From NCBI GenBank assembly GCA_001871765.1, contig MNVN01000010.1:74-64073 (forward strand): a DNA stretch of 64,000 nucleotides, read 5' to 3'. Of this stretch, positions 18,709-27,595 are shown piece after piece. Within the stretch, counting starts at the first letter, position 1. The number at the start of each line of letters is the position of its first letter. A program made the position numbers and the translations under genes. The DNA is from Candidatus Nomurabacteria bacterium CG1_02_43_90 (GTDB lineage Bacteria; Patescibacteriota; Minisyncoccia; Phycocordibacterales; UBA1550). The notes beneath the pieces were generated by a model that ran no database searches, was not told the DNA's origin, and saw nothing but the letters and a program-made list of their open reading frames with translations.

Positions 18709-18981
18709 ATGAATATAAATGTCTACTACAAACCAGCTTTCGTTCGGAGCCTTAACAAGTCCCCAAAAGGTCTGCAGGAAGAAATTATCGAAAAGATAGA
18801 TCTATTTAAAGATACAGAAAATCACGGTATATTAAAAGTTCATAAGTTGAAGGGATCATTAAAAAAGTTCTATAGTTTTTTAGTTGATTATAAAAATAGG
18901 GTTGTTTTTGAATACCTATCGGATGACGAAGTTGGACTTTTGGCTATTGGCGATCACGAAGTTTATAAATTATTTTTGTAG
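18709..18981 (+). CDS. RelE/ParE-family toxin.
   Basis: 90 aa, 4-nt gap from the antitoxin. ...HKLKGSLKKFYSFLVDYKNRVVFEY...LLAIGDHEVY is a RelE/ParE-like core. Confidence 0.7.
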   Translation: MNINVYYKPAFVRSLNKSPKGLQEEIIEKIDLFKDTENHGILKVHKLKGSLKKFYSFLVDYKNRVVFEYLSDDEVGLLAIGDHEVYKLFL

Positions 18982-19089
18982 TTAAAAACTACTCAATAAC
19001 CTTGCTCTTGTCGTACTCATTCCCCAGCCGTTAGCAAAGCATTTCAAAGATTTGACGCATTGCCTTTGCGATCGGTAGCTTTTGAACAG

Positions 19090-19113
19090 GAGTATATTCT
19101 CCTGTTTTTCTTT
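19090..19113 (+). terminator. Intrinsic terminator after the TA pair.
   Basis: acaggagtatattctcctgt followed by a T-run. Confidence 0.4.
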
Positions 19114-19114
19114 T

Positions 19115-19537
19115 TTACAAATTCCCCCTCAGCGCCTTCAAAATCTCCGCAAGGGTTTCCTCGGAAACCCTGTTTTTCATGGTTGCGGTTAGGTAGTTGT
19201 TGTCGCCGAAATTTGGATCGTGAAACACCTGATTCCTAACCACTACATCTTTCTCGTAGCGGGGACGCACATGGAAATGGACTTCTGGGCTATAGGGTTT
19301 TTCTCTGTAGGCGTGATTCATAAGGCATGCCCAGTTAAAAAGTGTGGCACCAAAGGTCTTTTTGAGAAGTTCCTCATATTTTTTCATTACTAGATGCAAA
19401 TCAGAAAACTCTTCATCGGTGAGTTCTGAAAGTGATTCCCTTTTTGTTTTGCAAATAGCGTATGCACGCCCTAAATAAAGCTGGTCTCCCGAGAGTTCAA
19501 CTTTCCAGTACGGTGTTTCAAAAATAAGGTTTTTCAT
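19115..19537 (-). CDS. HIT-superfamily protein (degenerate histidine triad).
   Basis: FNWACLMN...EVHFHVRPRY. 4-nt gap to the upstream cca gene. Confidence 0.6.
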   Translation of the reverse strand: MKNLIFETPYWKVELSGDQLYLGRAYAICKTKRESLSELTDEEFSDLHLVMKKYEELLKKTFGATLFNWACLMNHAYREKPYSPEVHFHVRPRYEKDVVVRNQVFHDPNFGDNNYLTATMKNRVSEETLAEILKALRGNL

Positions 19538-19541
19538 GAAA

Positions 19542-21032
19542 CTACTTCACCCCGTGCCTCTTGCGGATGACCGAGAGTTCGGCTTCTTCTGCTTCGTCTT
19601 TCTTCTCTTTTCCCTCCTCTCCAAGTTTCTTTAATTCTTCTATCGGGAGTTTTGCGAGTTCAAGGGTACGTTTCACGAGAAACTCTTCACTGTTGCGCTC
19701 CGTGTCATCGAGGACTTCCTCAAGGAGTGCATGGAGGATAAATCCAAGCTTTGGACCGGGTGTTTCACGAGTAACCTCCATAATCTTTTGCCCGTCAATT
19801 TTAAGCATTCCTACGGATACAGGCGCGCGCATCGCTTCTTCTATCATTGACTCATATTTGCGGAGGCGGTAGGGCGCTTCTTTGGGTCTACCCATCCCTA
19901 TGCGGTCGCAGGCGCGTACCTTCATTAGATCCCAGACGTTCTCAGGTCCAACGTTTCGCACAATACGGCGAACGGCGGAGAGGGTTATTTTTTCAATATC
20001 AGAAAAGAATAAGTGATAGCGTACCAGCATAGAAACAACGTCGACAATCTTTTTGGAATACTTTAAGCGCTCAAGTGTTTTACGTGAAACACGACCGCCA
20101 ACCACATCGTGCCCGTAAAACGTCCAGTTATTCTTCTCGTTTGACCAGCGACGGGTTTCTGGCTTGGAAACATCATGGAAAAGTGCAGCAAGGCGGACAT
20201 GAAGGGGCCATTCTCTGTCTGCAGAGTGTTGTAATGCACGGAGGTTGTGTTCCCATACAGTGTAAATATGATCCCCGTTTTGTTCAACGCCGATACCATT
20301 TTCAATTTCAGGAGCAATATACTTCAGTAGTCCAAGCTTTTGGCACATTATGACGCCAACCATAGGGTTCTTGGTCATTATCATTTTACTGAACTCGTCA
20401 CGGATACGTTCCATGGAAATATGTTTTAAGGTCGGTGCTTTTTCTATTACTGCATTTTGAGTCTCAGTTTCAATAGTGAAACTTAAATCAGTAGCAAGGC
20501 GTACTGCACGCAAAATACGGAGAGCATCCTCGTCAAAGCGTTCTTGGGCATTTCCTACTGTCCTTAAGACTTTGTCCTTAATGTCCTTTAGACCATCAAA
20601 CAGGTCTGTTAAATGTCCTTTAGACTCATCATAGGCTATGGCGTTTATGGTAAAGTCTCGGCGCTTCAGGTCATCTTCGAGTTTCGCGTGAAACGATACT
20701 GAATCAGGGCGACGCTTGTCAGTATAGGCTCCTTCTGTGCGATAGGGTGTAACCTCAATGACTTTTAATGTTTCATCTTCTGTTTCAGTCACAATCCCCA
20801 CCGTACCATAATCATTTTCGTAGAATGTTTCTTCAAAAAGTGCCTGAATTTCTTCCGGTTTCGCATTGGTAGTAATATCCCAATCCTTGGGATTGATTTC
20901 CTGAAGTATGTCGCGCACGCACCCTCCTACGAGATATGCTTCAAAGCCTGCCTTTCGTAGGGTTTCTGTTACTCGTGAAACTTCTTGAGGTATTGGATGA
21001 GAGATTTTTACTGTTTCTGTGCTGGTCGCCAT
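19542..21032 (-). CDS. cca: CCA-adding enzyme / poly(A) polymerase family tRNA nucleotidyltransferase with an HD domain.
   Basis: The YLVGGCVRDIL...DWDITT head domain, followed by an HD region. Confidence 0.85.
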   Translation of the reverse strand: MATSTETVKISHPIPQEVSRVTETLRKAGFEAYLVGGCVRDILQEINPKDWDITTNAKPEEIQALFEETFYENDYGTVGIVTETEDETLKVIEVTPYRTEGAYTDKRRPDSVSFHAKLEDDLKRRDFTINAIAYDESKGHLTDLFDGLKDIKDKVLRTVGNAQERFDEDALRILRAVRLATDLSFTIETETQNAVIEKAPTLKHISMERIRDEFSKMIMTKNPMVGVIMCQKLGLLKYIAPEIENGIGVEQNGDHIYTVWEHNLRALQHSADREWPLHVRLAALFHDVSKPETRRWSNEKNNWTFYGHDVVGGRVSRKTLERLKYSKKIVDVVSMLVRYHLFFSDIEKITLSAVRRIVRNVGPENVWDLMKVRACDRIGMGRPKEAPYRLRKYESMIEEAMRAPVSVGMLKIDGQKIMEVTRETPGPKLGFILHALLEEVLDDTERNSEEFLVKRTLELAKLPIEELKKLGEEGKEKKDEAEEAELSVIRKRHGVK

Positions 21033-21109
21033 ATACGCTATAGTCTAGTGTATTTTTGGTTTTTTTGCCAATTTGCGGTATGCTCTCTGTACGTTTCATG
21101 GGAAACAAT

Positions 21110-21181
21110 GCTCTTGTGGTGAAATGGATATCATATCGGTCTTCGAAACCGGCGTTCCAGGTTCGAATCCTGGCAGGGGCA
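21110..21181 (+). tRNA. tRNA-Arg (anticodon TCG).
   Basis: Acceptor GCUCUUG/CAGGGGC with two G-U pairs. D-stem GTGA/TCAT. Anticodon arm TCGGT-CTTCGAA-ACCGG. T-arm CCAGG-TTCGAAT-CCTGG. 72 nt plus discriminator A. Confidence 0.7.
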
Positions 21182-21378
21182 CAAAGCGTGAGTCCAAAAA
21201 TACCGACAGGTGTTTTTACTTTGTGCTCGGGGGAGCCATATTTTTTGAGCACAAAAAATGGCGAGCCAGGGTCGTGAAATTTTTCCTGTGGCGACAAGAA
21301 AAATATTCCTGACCACACTACCACACTAAATACAGAGCTTTGCTCATCGATATTGTTTTTTGCAACGTGATCTAATTA

Positions 21379-21403
21379 AGAAGACTTAGTAACTCGTGAC
21401 CAC
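21379..21403 (+). repeat. Copy A of a 25-bp direct repeat (agaagacttagtaaCTcgtgaCcac).
   Basis: Matches 22/25 with 24406-24430. Confidence 0.5.
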
Positions 21404-21492
21404 AAGATAGGTAAAAGACGGCACCTTCATTGACCACCTCTTCCAAAAATTTTAAAAATCTGTATAGTAGAGAGGTAGAAAGTTTTGAAATT

Positions 21493-21563
21493 GCGGGTAT
21501 GGTTTAGTGGTAGAATGCGTCCTTGCCAAGGACGAGACGGGAGTTCGATTCTCCCTACCCGCA
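21493..21563 (+). tRNA. tRNA-Gly (anticodon GCC).
   Basis: GCGGGTA...CGTCC-TTGCCAA-GGACG...GGGAG-TTCGATT-CTCCC-TACCCGC-A. Confidence 0.9.
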
Positions 21564-21565
21564 CC

Positions 21566-21612
21566 TCATAGACACACAAAAGAAAGCCTCTGATATTCAG
21601 GAGCTTTCTTTT
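21566..21612 (+). terminator. Hairpin with T-run after tRNA-Gly.
   Basis: aaagaaagcctc...gagctttctttt. Confidence 0.4.
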
Positions 21613-22197
21613 GTATAAAGATGGAGCAGTTTATAAAGGACAGTACCTTTGCCTTTTCCATAAGAACACAAGCTGTCAATACCGAGAAACCGAAAAATAT
21701 AGGGGAAAAAGTCAAAAACTGTGGATAACTATGTGTACAGTGTTGATAAAGGACATAAAAGCATTGTTTGGATGCTAGCGTTTAAGGCATTTCTTTTAAA
21801 AGACAACCTAGGAAACCCTTGATTAATATAGCCTTTTTGGTAAAACTCGTATTTTCCGGTGATTTTTAGAAGAAATAGCCGTAAATGTTACTTAGTAACA
21901 CCTATCTGATGTTATTCATGAAACAAAAACATAAAATAGGGGATAATTATTTGTTTGTGGTGGAAATACGATATTATTATGTAGATAAAGCCATAAAATA
22001 AAGACTTCTTGAACATTTAGGGAATGTGGGTACGAGGGAAGATTCTTCTAGGGATAATTCCGTCATGGGTTCTTGATTGCTTTGATTCATTTAAAAACGA
22101 TTATGTATATATTTGCTGTACTTTAAACACTATAAGGTAGGGTATGTCTAGCATGTGGCGATTGTATAAGCATTCTCATGGTATACTCTTAAAATAA

Positions 22198-22620
22198 ATG
22201 GCAGAACCTACAGAAAAACAGAAGATTGGGCGACTTGGCGAAGATATAGCAGCTAAGTTCTTAGAAAATAAGGGTTTTACGGTTATTCAGTGTAATTATC
22301 TTAAAAAATACGGAGAAATCGATATTATTGCAAAAAAGGGTGAAATACTCCATTTTATTGAGGTAAAAACCGTTTCACATGAAAACTTTACTAGCTTTTT
22401 GCCAAATCCAATGAGCGTTTCTCATGAAACAGACGATTATCGAGCAGAAGATAATCTGCACCCCCAGAAACTAAAAAGACTTGCCCGGACGATTCAGGTG
22501 TATTTAGTAGAGAATTCGCACAAGGAAGAGGTTGAATGGCAGTTTCATGCAGTCACCGTTAGAATAGATCAGGAAACAAGGCGCGCAAGGGTAAAATTCT
22601 TAGAGAATATAATTCTCTAA
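22198..22620 (+). CDS. yraN: YraN/UPF0102-family PD-(D/E)xK endonuclease-like protein.
   Basis: GRLGEDIAAKFLENKGFTVIQCNYLKKYGEIDIIAKKGEILHFIEVKT. Confidence 0.75.
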   Translation: MAEPTEKQKIGRLGEDIAAKFLENKGFTVIQCNYLKKYGEIDIIAKKGEILHFIEVKTVSHENFTSFLPNPMSVSHETDDYRAEDNLHPQKLKRLARTIQVYLVENSHKEEVEWQFHAVTVRIDQETRRARVKFLENIIL

Positions 22621-22795
22621 GAAACTATTCACGACTTGACGGCGAGTAGTAACAATACAAAATGCACTGTTTCTTGTCCGCCAAAATTATAAAGTTTACA
22701 GTTTCACATAAGATAGTGGATAGGTTTTAAAAATTTCTCAAAAATGTTTCTTTATGGTAGTATTTAACAATCGTTTCTTTAGAGACGGCTTCATT

Positions 22796-22866
22796 CGGGG
22801 TGTAGTATATCGGTAGTACGTCTGCTTTGGGAGCAGATAGGCCGAGTTCGATTCTCGGCACCCCGA
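22796..22866 (+). tRNA. tRNA-Pro (anticodon TGG).
   Basis: Acceptor CGGGGTG/CACCCCG. Anticodon arm TCTGC-TTTGGGA-GCAGA. T-arm CCGAG-TTCGATT-CTCGG. Confidence 0.85.
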
Positions 22867-22882
22867 CAAAGATTTTAAGTAA

Positions 22883-22897
22883 GCCGAGTTCGATTCT
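22883..22897 (+). repeat. Duplicate of the tRNA-Pro T-arm segment (gccgagttcgattct), 41 nt downstream of the original.
   Basis: Identical 15-mer at 22842-22856 and 22883-22897. Confidence 0.5.
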
Positions 22898-22986
22898 GAA
22901 TCAAGTAGATTCATGTCTTGGGCCGGCACTTCAACAAGGACAAAGATTTTAATAAGAGGGAAGGCCCTTCTTGTAAAAAAGGTTTC

Positions 22987-24030
22987 ATGAGTAACATCGG
23001 GGAAAATAAAAAAGACTCAGGGTTTCATTGGATGGCTCCGGGGTTTGTTTCCGTTATGGCTGCCTTTGTGGGGAATTTTGTCATTATGCTTCTTAAGGCA
23101 TTGGGCTTTGCGGTGTCAGGATCAAGCTCTCTCTTTTCTGAAACAGTTCACAGCTTTGCAGACACGGCGAATCAGGCGCTTCTCATGGTGGGGATTATTA
23201 AAAGTCGCAGAGCACCTGATGAGAATTCTTCCTACGGATACGGAATGGAGCGGTTTTTTTGGGCGCTTATTTCCGCATGCGGAGTGTTCTTTATTGGTGC
23301 GGGTATAACGGTATATCATGGAGTTTCGGCTTTGGCACACCCTCATGAGGTTTTTTTTGAACCAATTATTTTTGTAATTCTTGGCGTTTCTTTTGTAGTA
23401 GAGCTCGTAACCTTTTCTCTTGCGTTTCATGAGATTTGGCGTGAAAGAAAGGACCGTGCAACCATACGTGAGATGTTGCGTGACGGCGACCCCACGGTGC
23501 TTGCGGTTGTGTATGAAGATGGGGTTGCGGTGTTTGGTGTCTTTGTTGCAGTTCTGGGAATCTTTCTTTCTTATATAACCGGGGATTTGTTCTGGGATGC
23601 AATAGGGTCGATTGTTATTGGTATCCTTTTGGCATGGGTTGCCGTCGTTTTAATCTTGAAGAATAAGCGTTTTTTGGTAGAGAAGTCTATTCCCGAAGAG
23701 GTGCGCAGTCGAATTATTGAAATACTTGAAAGTGATCCGATGGTTGAGCGTGTGCATGATTTTAAGTCATCAGTGGTAGAATTTGGAAAGTATCGTGCGA
23801 AGTGCGAAGTGGAGGTTAATGGCTCGATCCTTTTTTACGAACTTTCAAATGGTGATATGTTGAAAGATGATTATGAAACCGTAAAAGAGGATTATCAAGA
23901 GTTTGTACGGTTTTGTGTGGAGTTTTCTGATCGCGTGCCTCGCGTTATTGGAACGCGTATTGATGAACTTGAGGCACGTATCAAAAAGGAGATTCCCTCG
24001 GTGCGCCATATTGATATTGAGATAAATTAG
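22987..24030 (+). CDS. Cation diffusion facilitator (CzcD/FieF-like) metal efflux transporter.
   Basis: TM motif HSFADTANQALLMVGI and a C-terminal cytoplasmic domain. The long ORF begins at TTG 22918, overlapping the tRNA-associated repeat. ATG 22987 is preferred. Confidence 0.8.
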   Translation: MSNIGENKKDSGFHWMAPGFVSVMAAFVGNFVIMLLKALGFAVSGSSSLFSETVHSFADTANQALLMVGIIKSRRAPDENSSYGYGMERFFWALISACGVFFIGAGITVYHGVSALAHPHEVFFEPIIFVILGVSFVVELVTFSLAFHEIWRERKDRATIREMLRDGDPTVLAVVYEDGVAVFGVFVAVLGIFLSYITGDLFWDAIGSIVIGILLAWVAVVLILKNKRFLVEKSIPEEVRSRIIEILESDPMVERVHDFKSSVVEFGKYRAKCEVEVNGSILFYELSNGDMLKDDYETVKEDYQEFVRFCVEFSDRVPRVIGTRIDELEARIKKEIPSVRHIDIEIN

Positions 24031-24039
24031 GTAAAAAAT

Positions 24040-24111
24040 GCGCCCGTAGTACAACGGATAGAACACAGCCCTCCGAAGGCTGAGATCGAGGTTCAATTCC
24101 TCGCGGGCGCA
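24040..24111 (+). tRNA. tRNA-Arg (anticodon CCG).
   Basis: GCGCCCG...CAGCC-CTCCGAA-GGCTG...CGAGG-TTCAATT-CCTCG-CGGGCGC-A. Confidence 0.85.
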
Positions 24112-24405
24112 CAATCAGAGACTTGGTCGGAAAATTCCCTCCCCCACCCGCCGAAGAAAAGAAGAAAGGTAAGGAAAATTTTTGGGTTTTGCTCCCGCGA
24201 CCGAAGGGAGCGGACGAGGCGCGCAGATTAGTCCGTTTGCTGTTTAAAATAGGTTCGAGCAAAGCAGAGTAATACAGCACAGGCGTTAAGAAAATTAGTC
24301 TCTGCATACTAATTTTTAACTGTGCGAGGCGCAAGCCTTATCGAGTGAAGCGAGATAGCGCGCCGGGGTCGAGGATACTTAGTCCTCGCAATGTGTACTC
24401 ACCTG

Positions 24406-24430
24406 AGAAGACTTAGTAATCCGTGATCAC
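24406..24430 (+). repeat. Copy B of the 25-bp direct repeat (agaagacttagtaaTCcgtgaTcac).
   Basis: 22/25 identical to 21379-21403. Confidence 0.5.
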
Positions 24431-24454
24431 GCTAGCTAAGCGAGAATCCAAAAA

Positions 24455-24487
24455 CACCGAGTAGGTGTTTTTCTCTTTTTGCGAGAA
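24455..24487 (+). terminator. Intrinsic terminator at the end of the GC-rich non-coding segment after tRNA-Arg(CCG).
   Basis: aaaaacaccgagtaggtgtttttctcttttt. Confidence 0.45.
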
Positions 24488-24550
24488 TCAGTTTTTTAAA
24501 AGTTTTCCATGTTGCTGGACTAATTATCCCTCGATTTATATTTCTTTGCC

Positions 24551-24559
24551 TGCTATAAT
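24551..24559 (+). promoter_or_regulatory. Extended -10 element TGcTATAAT, 8 nt upstream of the sensor kinase ATG (leaderless).
   Basis: cctGcTATAATggaatgaaATG. Confidence 0.4.
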
Positions 24560-24567
24560 GGAATGAA

Positions 24568-26502
24568 ATGAAACTTGGTAAAAAAATTAACCTTGTGCTT
24601 GTTTCTGTTGTTGTGGTCGTGCTCACGGTAGCTTTTTGGATAATTGTTAATATAGAAGGGAATAACCTTAAGAGTCAGGTTACCCATGATGCAGATACGG
24701 TAACAGGAATTTTTCGCACAGAGATTGAGCGCATGTTTAAGCAGATCCACAACCAAGAAGTCTATCTACAAAGCGCTATTGATCAAATGAGTAAGGCCCA
24801 GGGGGTGAGGTATATTAATGTTAATGGTCTAGATGGTAAATATATTGCAGCAACAGACAACACTCTCGTGGGTCAAAAGGTAAAAGATGCCAAGACTGCT
24901 CTCCTTGTTGGTCGTACAAAGCAAGAGCGTACCTTTGTTGAAATTAAAACAGATGAAGGTACTTTTTATGAGATGGAGCGTTTTATCCCGATCTTCCTTG
25001 ATGCAAACGACCCACAATCAAAAGTAATTAATGTCATTGAAGTTGAAGTTGTAACGCGTACAAAAAGTGCGACTGATGTTTCTGACGCGGAGAAACTTCT
25101 CCAGGTTATCGCTGCGGGGGTTGAGCAAAATGCACGAGCGATTATTCTGACATACACTGAAGACGTTGAAGCGCTCCAGCAAATAACCAGTAGTGTTGAG
25201 AACTTCAACTTTTTTAATGATTTTGTGGTGTTTGACAGCAAGATTGATATTATTGCGAACACGGGGAATGAGGTAACAGAATTTAGCGACGACCCTATTG
25301 AATACAAACAGTTGCGTGAAGATGTTCTCGCAGGCAAAGTGCCTATTGGGGAAGTTGAAAGAATTCATGAAGGAAAGGAGGTCATTATGAGAGTCATGCC
25401 AATCTCAACTCGAGATGAAAAAACCGGAGTAGTCTCGAATATAGGGCTCCTTGAGGTACATATTCTCAAAAATGCTTATCTTTCTACAGTAAATGAGCTT
25501 AAAATACGAATGCTCGGCGTGGGCGCTCTCGTAACTGCCGTACTCGTTGCTGTTCTTGCAGTTATTCTTGAAAGAGAGGTGGTGGGACCTATCCGACGCT
25601 ACTCAGTTATTGCACGCAAGGTTGCTGATGGTGATCTCACGCAAAAAGTAGAAAGTACTTCTCAAGATGAAATTGGACAATTTGGAGAAGTATTTAATTC
25701 TATGGTAGCCAATCTTCGGGAGCTAGACCGCCTTAAGTCAGATTTCATCTCTGTTGCTGCGCATCAGCTACGCACACCTCTCTCGGGGGTAAAATGGGTA
25801 CTCAAACTCCTCCTTGACGGAGATTTGGGAGCAATCAATGACGACCAAAATGGCATGTTGAAGCGTGGATATGAAACGAATGAGAAGATGATTCAGTTGG
25901 TGAATGACCTCTTGAATGTTTCGCGTATTGAGAATGATAAATTTGGCTATAAGTTTGAGAAAAATGACTTTATGAAGCTTCTTGAGACGCTTCGAGAGAA
26001 TATAGAGCTTCCTTCTCGTGAGCATAATATCGATGTGCGGTTTGAAAATCATGCAGGGGATCTTCCTGAATTTTTCTTTGATCCAGAAAAACTTTTGATT
26101 GCTCTGCAAAATTTGGTTGATAATGCGATTAAGTACACGCTCCCTGGAGGTAGTGTCACACTTGTCGTAAGTCATCGTGGTGGATCTGTTGAGCTAAAAG
26201 TGAGTGACACGGGGGTAGGTATTCCTTCCGCAGACCTACCAAAATTGTTTTCAAAGTTTTTCCGTGCCGCAAACGTGATTCATCTCCAGACAGATGGCTC
26301 CGGGCTCGGGCTCTTTATTGTGAAGAATATTATTATCCGTCATGGAGGCCAAATTTGGGTTGACTCAAAAGAAGCGGAAGGGACTACATTTACCGTAGTG
26401 ATACCCATACTTACAGAACTTCCTGAAGAGAAGGCCGAGACTATCAGGGGAAAAGAAGAGAATCCAAGAGAAAACATGCAAGAAGTACAGGGTAATTTCT
26501 AG
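24568..26502 (+). CDS. Sensor histidine kinase with an N-terminal TM, a large extracytoplasmic domain, a second TM and HAMP, HisKA and HATPase_c domains.
   Basis: H-box FISVAAHQLRTPLSGV. N/G boxes LVDNAIKYT...GSGLGLFIVKNII. Confidence 0.85.
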   Translation: MKLGKKINLVLVSVVVVVLTVAFWIIVNIEGNNLKSQVTHDADTVTGIFRTEIERMFKQIHNQEVYLQSAIDQMSKAQGVRYINVNGLDGKYIAATDNTLVGQKVKDAKTALLVGRTKQERTFVEIKTDEGTFYEMERFIPIFLDANDPQSKVINVIEVEVVTRTKSATDVSDAEKLLQVIAAGVEQNARAIILTYTEDVEALQQITSSVENFNFFNDFVVFDSKIDIIANTGNEVTEFSDDPIEYKQLREDVLAGKVPIGEVERIHEGKEVIMRVMPISTRDEKTGVVSNIGLLEVHILKNAYLSTVNELKIRMLGVGALVTAVLVAVLAVILEREVVGPIRRYSVIARKVADGDLTQKVESTSQDEIGQFGEVFNSMVANLRELDRLKSDFISVAAHQLRTPLSGVKWVLKLLLDGDLGAINDDQNGMLKRGYETNEKMIQLVNDLLNVSRIENDKFGYKFEKNDFMKLLETLRENIELPSREHNIDVRFENHAGDLPEFFFDPEKLLIALQNLVDNAIKYTLPGGSVTLVVSHRGGSVELKVSDTGVGIPSADLPKLFSKFFRAANVIHLQTDGSGLGLFIVKNIIIRHGGQIWVDSKEAEGTTFTVVIPILTELPEEKAETIRGKEENPRENMQEVQGNF

Positions 26503-26541
26503 GTTAAATAGTAATTTTATAATATAATTAAAAGAACCAAT

Positions 26542-27402
26542 ATGGCTGAACAAAAAAGAATTCTCATTGTTGAAGATGACAACGTTCTGCGCGATGTCCT
26601 CGGGGAAAAACTCGAGAAGAATGGATATCTTGTAGAGAAGGCACAAGACGGCCTCGTTGCGATGGAAAAAATTCATGCGAATAAACCTGACGCGGTTCTT
26701 CTGGATATTCTGATGCCTCATATGAATGGAATCGAGGTTCTCGAGGAACTTCATAAGGACCCACTTTTCCAGGGTATTCCTGTTGTTATTATTTCTAATT
26801 CTGGTCAGCCTGTTGAAATAGAGAGGGCTCGAAAACTCGGGGCACGCGAGTTTCTCATTAAAGCAGTGTTTGACCCTAACGAAGTACTTGAAAAAGTAAG
26901 GAAGGTGATGGAGGATGACGGCACGGCTCCGCAAGGTGAATGGGGTGTACGTACGCAGAATATCACGGGTGCGGGGGCTATTGCGAACGCGGAAGCCCTC
27001 TCTCCAGAAAAAGAAGATAATCCGAAGAAAGAAGTCTTTGTCCTTGTAGTGGAGGATGACAAGTTTCTACGTGAGCTTCTCGTGCGTAAGCTTGCAAGTG
27101 CAGGATTCGATGTTCAAAACGCCATTGAGGGCACGGCTGCGTTCGCTATTTTGGAAAAAAGGAAACCAAGCATTATTCTCCTCGACCTCATTCTTCCTGA
27201 AATGGATGGCTTTGAAATTTTGACGAGAATAAAAGCCGATCCAAAGAATGCCGATGTTCCCGTAATCATTCTTAGTAACCTTGGTCAAAAAGAAGATACT
27301 GACAAAGCACTAAAACTGGGAGCTATCGACTTCATGGTAAAGGCAAACTTTACGCTTGATGAAATTGTGACCAAAGTACGGACGGTATTGAACCTAGACT
27401 AA
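26542..27402 (+). CDS. Response regulator with two tandem receiver (REC) domains and no output domain.
   Basis: REC1 is ILIVEDD...LLDILMPHMNGIEVL. REC2 is VLVVEDD...LLDLILPEMDGFEIL. Confidence 0.85.
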   Translation: MAEQKRILIVEDDNVLRDVLGEKLEKNGYLVEKAQDGLVAMEKIHANKPDAVLLDILMPHMNGIEVLEELHKDPLFQGIPVVIISNSGQPVEIERARKLGAREFLIKAVFDPNEVLEKVRKVMEDDGTAPQGEWGVRTQNITGAGAIANAEALSPEKEDNPKKEVFVLVVEDDKFLRELLVRKLASAGFDVQNAIEGTAAFAILEKRKPSIILLDLILPEMDGFEILTRIKADPKNADVPVIILSNLGQKEDTDKALKLGAIDFMVKANFTLDEIVTKVRTVLNLD

Positions 27403-27468
27403 CCCCTTCCGAAAGCGCGCCGGTTGCTAAATTTGTTAGTTTTTGCTATTCTCTAGCTCAGGTTAATT

Positions 27469-27539
27469 GCGGGATTAGTTAAATGGTATAACTTCAGTTT
27501 TCCAAACTGAAATCGGGAGTTCGATTCCCCCATCCCGCA
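27469..27539 (+). tRNA. tRNA-Gly (anticodon TCC).
   Basis: Acceptor GCGGGAT/ATCCCGC. Anticodon arm TCAGT-TTTCCAA-ACTGA. T-loop TTCGATT, with one A-C mismatch in the T-stem. Confidence 0.8.
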
Positions 27540-27540
27540 C

Positions 27541-27580
27541 TATAGAAAAAACACCTTCATTTGAAGGTGTTTTTTCTATA
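27541..27580. terminator. Bidirectional terminator between tRNA-Gly and hup.
   Basis: ctatagaaaaaacaccttcatttgaaggtgttttttctatag. Confidence 0.6.
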
Positions 27581-27595
27581 ACTTAATTCGTTTAG

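Noticed and set aside
21110-21181. The tRNA-Arg(TCG) first looked like a 3'-half tRNA fragment (a possible att remnant), because no Watson-Crick partner for the acceptor 3' strand CAGGGGC was found upstream.
   Set aside because: Allowing G-U pairs, GCUCUUG pairs fully with CAGGGGC. The D-stem GTGA/TCAT also forms. It is therefore a complete 72-nt tRNA, kept as a feature.
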